A DNA stretch of 63,993 bases, the filler included, from Dimargaris cristalligena (taxonomy: Eukaryota): assembly GCA_003614675.1 (NCBI GenBank). It is 7 parts of 7 records of this genome, joined end to end, with 100 filler letters (N's around TTAATTAATTAA, not from the genome) between each part and the next. Parts side by side here need not be neighbours in the genome. Positions count along the whole stretch, not along the records: positions 56,405 to 63,993 come from ML003402.1; 6 more parts are not named here. The stretch is one strand, 5' to 3'. Below the pieces are notes generated by a model. That model was not told the origin of the DNA. It saw only the letters and a list, made by a program, of their open reading frames with translations, and ran no database searches. Numbering within the stretch: position 1 is the first letter of the stretch; each line of letters opens with the position of its first letter. Shown one piece after another: positions 60,497 through 63,993 of the stretch. The translations under genes were made by a program, and so were the position numbers.

Positions 60497-60863
60497 TGGC
60501 ACCCGATATCCCGAGTTAGCCTATCCGGAAGGATATGCCTTAGGCTTGGACTATGCAGGGTGGTGCAAGGGCTGGTGGTAGACGAGGCGTAATCGGTAAG
60601 GCGCGGGGAGAAGGGGGGAGGTGACAGTAATCAGGGGACGCCATAAACCGGCTTACTGGCTTAAGTGGGAGAGGGGTGTAAAGGGTTTATTAGATCATAA
60701 ATAAGCATAACTCAGTTAAGGAAATAAAAGAGCCGAGTGGCCCCTGTTATATACGCTGGGCCACTCCTATAAAGGAGAGTTATACACGCGGATGGGGCAG
60801 GATGGGATGCCCGTCTGGTAGCCATCAAGCAAATAGTAGGTATATAAATAGATAAATGACACA
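60497..60863. mobile_element. Possible solo LTR
   Basis: Starts TGGCACCCG (similar to family A start), ends TGACA(CA); minus-strand TATA and AATAAA; no convincing TSD. Confidence 0.35.
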
Positions 60864-61065
60864 TTCGATACGTTGCTGGTTTCTATCAAAGGCATGGAGG
60901 TGTTGGAAGACATCTGGTATTGTCAAGGGAGTGTACGAGGTGGAACCAGGTCAAGGTTGATTAACCAACGCGACAGCCCACCTCAATAATTTTACCAATT
61001 ATCAGAACTAATACACTTTCAAAAAATGATCCAATCCGGTTTATTGAACTTCCACTTTATATTAG

Positions 61066-61544
61066 TGCACGCCGGCTTAGCAACGAACTTGAGGCAATGC
61101 TCCTACGCATCAGCGAGGGCTTCAATGACCAGGTGAGGCCATCTTAATTTTGCTCATCAACAACTACGATCTGATTCTCACGATTCTTAACGAAAACGGG
61201 TTCGAAGGGGACAGTGATGGGGCGGTGGCGATACCTCCGAAATCAGCGTGGACTAATTCGATAAAGTCATCGCCTAATTCAACGCCAATATCCGCGGCAG
61301 TTTGGCTAATATCAATGCGGCCGTCATCCGAAACTTCTCCAACTTTAAAAACGGTACCCATATTTTGCATAGTGTCCTGGGGCAGCTGATTTTGTACTAT
61401 AACTAATTTTACAACTTTTTCGATCGTCGTTTTACCAAAAAAAAAAGGCAGCCGCGGGCTCCGGAGCCGGACGGCCCAATCAGTGTCCCGTTGGTATTCA
61501 AAATTTCATGGCTGAGATAAAAAAAAAAGAAGTACAATTTCTAA
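61066..61544 (+). pseudogene. VPS52: Vps52 (GARP subunit) C-terminal fragment
   Basis: Across frames: RRLSNELEAMLLRISEGF...LINNYDLILTILNE...INAAVIRNFSNFKNGTHILHSVLGQLILYY...PVGIQNFMAEIKK..NF*; two in-frame TAA, frameshifts and an apparent internal deletion. Confidence 0.8.
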
Positions 61545-61727
61545 ATGGTTAAGATGAGCCGTCTGGTCCTATTCTGTTATATCTTTGTTGCATAAGTATA
61601 TATTATTTATGACGCCCTTGGTTACATGCAAAATATTGGGTTTGTTTGTGGTGGTATTTCATGCCAGGATAACTATGTAGATTTAGTCTTACTAAATGAA
61701 AGTGTGTCATTTCCATTAGGGACCATA

Positions 61728-61865
61728 TGGGTGAAATTCAAACCAGCTGTATAAGGTTGTACATAATATATGTATAGGTGAATATATGTGAGAATAGCTT
61801 TTAACCAGTAATATTGGTCTCATCCAATGGATTTTTCATTATACAGCCTAAATAAACTTCTCCCA
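61728..61865. mobile_element. MITE family M, full copy
   Basis: TA|TGGGTGAAATTCAAACCAGCTGTATAA...TTATACAGCCTAAATAAACTTCTCCCA|TA. Confidence 0.88.
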
Positions 61866-62635
61866 TATCATGCAGGTTAACTATGGATTAATACATGTTT
61901 CTTTTCATTTGACATAATCCATCATAGTTTTAACATTTTTAACTGCAATATAAGGTACTATGCATATCTAGGAAAAAATAGAAAAGACCCTAATAAGTCA
62001 AGCAGGAAATTTTGAAAACCTAGTAATTCTATACAATTATTTCCCAAATATGCTTGTCAGCTTAGTAAGCCTATGATATCCTATCACCCAGTTATAAGGA
62101 TAATATTTACTATTAAATGGTGCATTTGTAAGCCGAGCTCTCTTCCGGAGGTCAGAGGCTTACTAATATCCCACCTTAAGACAATTTTTTTAGGTCACAC
62201 TGATGTAGGTTATAGTCACTTAATAGTATTCTGTTATTTTTTAAAAGTCAAAATTGAATACAAAATCAAGGATGAATTGGTCTTCCAATAGATTTTCCGA
62301 CTAAGTTTCATGGGGAGATTAGTAATGGGCCCCTTTGATTAATATTATCACAATGAAAGGTGTTGATATATGCAATTGACCACCTTGATTTAATGGTCCA
62401 AATGGATGTGAGACCAAGATTATCATCATCTGAACCACTACATTCTATTATATAGGTTACCCTATCATGATGTACCTTGTAACCAGTCTCTGTACATTGA
62501 GTATAAAACCATGTCCACCCATATTCCAGAAATTAACCAATATCTTAACCATCACCATTCACCAGTCTTCAACTACACCTGAAATACCTTACCTACCACA
62601 CACTTTCATTGCTCTGCTCTAAGTTATACACAACT

Positions 62636-63540
62636 ATGTCTTTGTCCACTTCCAAAGCCCCCATCCCTCTCTACACTGCCAGTAAGTTGGTAGTGATGAT
62701 GTTTCTGTTGCAGTTCTATTTTAGCAAAAGTAATCGACCCTGTCTTACCAAGGTGCCCGGCTCAGACTGCTGGTACCCATGTCTGTCATAGACCCAGCTA
62801 TGGGTGATATGCTATTCCATTACAACCAATTGCTAATTCTGAGTCCCAACCAGATTATCTATGTGGTATGCTTCCTTGCTATTCCCAAAACTATGTAGCC
62901 ACCCCCAATGGATGGAAGGTGACCATTGCCCTGGAGGAGCTCAGAATCCCCTATGAACTCAAGCCCCTCAACATTAGTACCAACATACAGAAAGAGGAGT
63001 GGTTCCTCAAGATCAACCCCAACAGATGCATTCCCACCATTATCAATCAACAATCATGGTGACTTCCCCATTTTTGAGTCTGGGGCCATTCTGCTCTGGC
63101 TGGGTGAACATTATGACCACAAGCACAAGCTGTGGCCCACTGACCCCAAACTCCAGTCTGAAGTGACCCAGTGGATCATGTTTCAGATGGGTGGGATTGG
63201 ACCCATGCAGGGCCAGGCTGGTCATTTCCAACACACCACTCCTGAAGTAAATAAGTATGGCATCACCTGCTACACCAATGAGACCCACTGCCTGTATGGT
63301 GTGCTCAAGAGTTGTTTGGCTAATAAGGACTACTTAGTGAACAACCAGTATAGTTTAGCTGATATCATCAACTTCAGCTGGGTGGTGGTCCACAGATTTG
63401 CTGAAATTGATATTTCAGACCTACCCAATGTTCAGGTGTGGAGGAAGTGCATCCTGATTCACCCTGCCATACCCAAGGCTATGTGTAACCCAACCTCGCC
63501 CATGGTCAAAGATATTCTCAAGAAGGCCAATGTGGCTTAA
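62636..63540 (+). pseudogene. Glutathione S-transferase (Ure2/YfcG nu-class-like) pseudogene; exons 62636-62681, 62899-63540
   Basis: LYTATTPNGWKVTIALEEL, QKEEWFLKINPN, IFESGAIL, WIMFQMGGIGPMQGQAGHF, YSLADI; frameshift near 63047; conserved R/G/D/E codons altered at CpG. Confidence 0.88.
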
Positions 63541-63903
63541 AGGGTGTGTATCTCTGAATTGTAGATTATATACCTGTGTTTTATCTATAACCTAGTAGTT
63601 TGACAAACTGGCAGGTGGCCTTAAAATAGTATTACTATAGCTTAACCAAATAAAGTAGTACCACATACACAATTGTAATGTTTAAGAAGGTGAGGGAAGG
63701 GCAGGTAATATATTCTAACTGATAAGCATGGGACTGAAATATCCATTATCATAAGTAGAATTTATAGGGTAGTATATTGCCAAATGGAAATGGGTTTGAA
63801 TGGACATAATAAGATTAATTTGTTGGGAAGATGGATAGCCATTGTGATGCAGATAGAGGAGACTGGATATAGCAGTATGGGCAGCAATGGTCAGTAGTAC
63901 AGT

Positions 63904-63993
63904 TGTGGTGAACTTACCACATTTTTTACCTACTTTTATTTTTTATCTATTTTTCGCACTTATCGGAAGTATGCCCCTGACGAGTGAATGAGC
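63904..63993 (+). mobile_element. LTR-like family H terminus
   Basis: TGTGGTGAACTTACCACATTTTTTACC..., identical to the reverse complement of 9417-9471. Confidence 0.75.

Noticed and set aside
61270-61410. In-frame TAA codons in Vps52 as possible stop-codon reassignment
   Set aside because: Frameshifts and a deletion co-occur, and intact genes here (Era, RRM, TPT, AKR) end in TAA
1-61865. Recurring ~30-nt repeats as a possible CRISPR array or ncRNA family
   Set aside because: Dispersed, in both orientations, with TIRs and TA flanks; no spacers or cas genes; explained as a MITE

Overview
Eukaryotic (fungal) genomic DNA: seven unrelated contigs (six of about 9.3 kb and a 7.6 kb last piece cut by the window end) joined by artificial 100-nt N/TTAATTAATTAA/N spacers, so adjacency across spacers is meaningless. 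GT-AG introns, Zn2Cys6 factors and intron-poor GC-rich genes suggest an early-diverging fungus (possibly Zoopagomycota, Dimargaris-like; inference only). Intact genes: mitochondrial Era GTPase, Vip1-like RRM protein, HMT1/ATM1-like ABC half-transporter, Sly41/TPT-family transporter, CUE-Smr protein, GUP1 MBOAT, aldo-keto reductase, HVA22/REEP protein, a divergent pair of paralogous Zn2Cys6 factors, and several secreted orphan proteins. Repeats: a TA-flanked ~130-145 bp MITE (about 10 copies), several LTR families with nested insertions, a full-length decayed DD34D mariner, and a gypsy-like 5' LTR+gag with an apparent Tf1-type self-priming site. The most notable signal is near-total CpG-to-TpG/CpA erasure in older repeats and in a GST host-gene copy, while intact genes and young repeats keep CpG. 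This points to a repeat-targeted methylation/hypermutation defence. A Vps52 C-terminal pseudogene fragment missed by the ORF track is also present.
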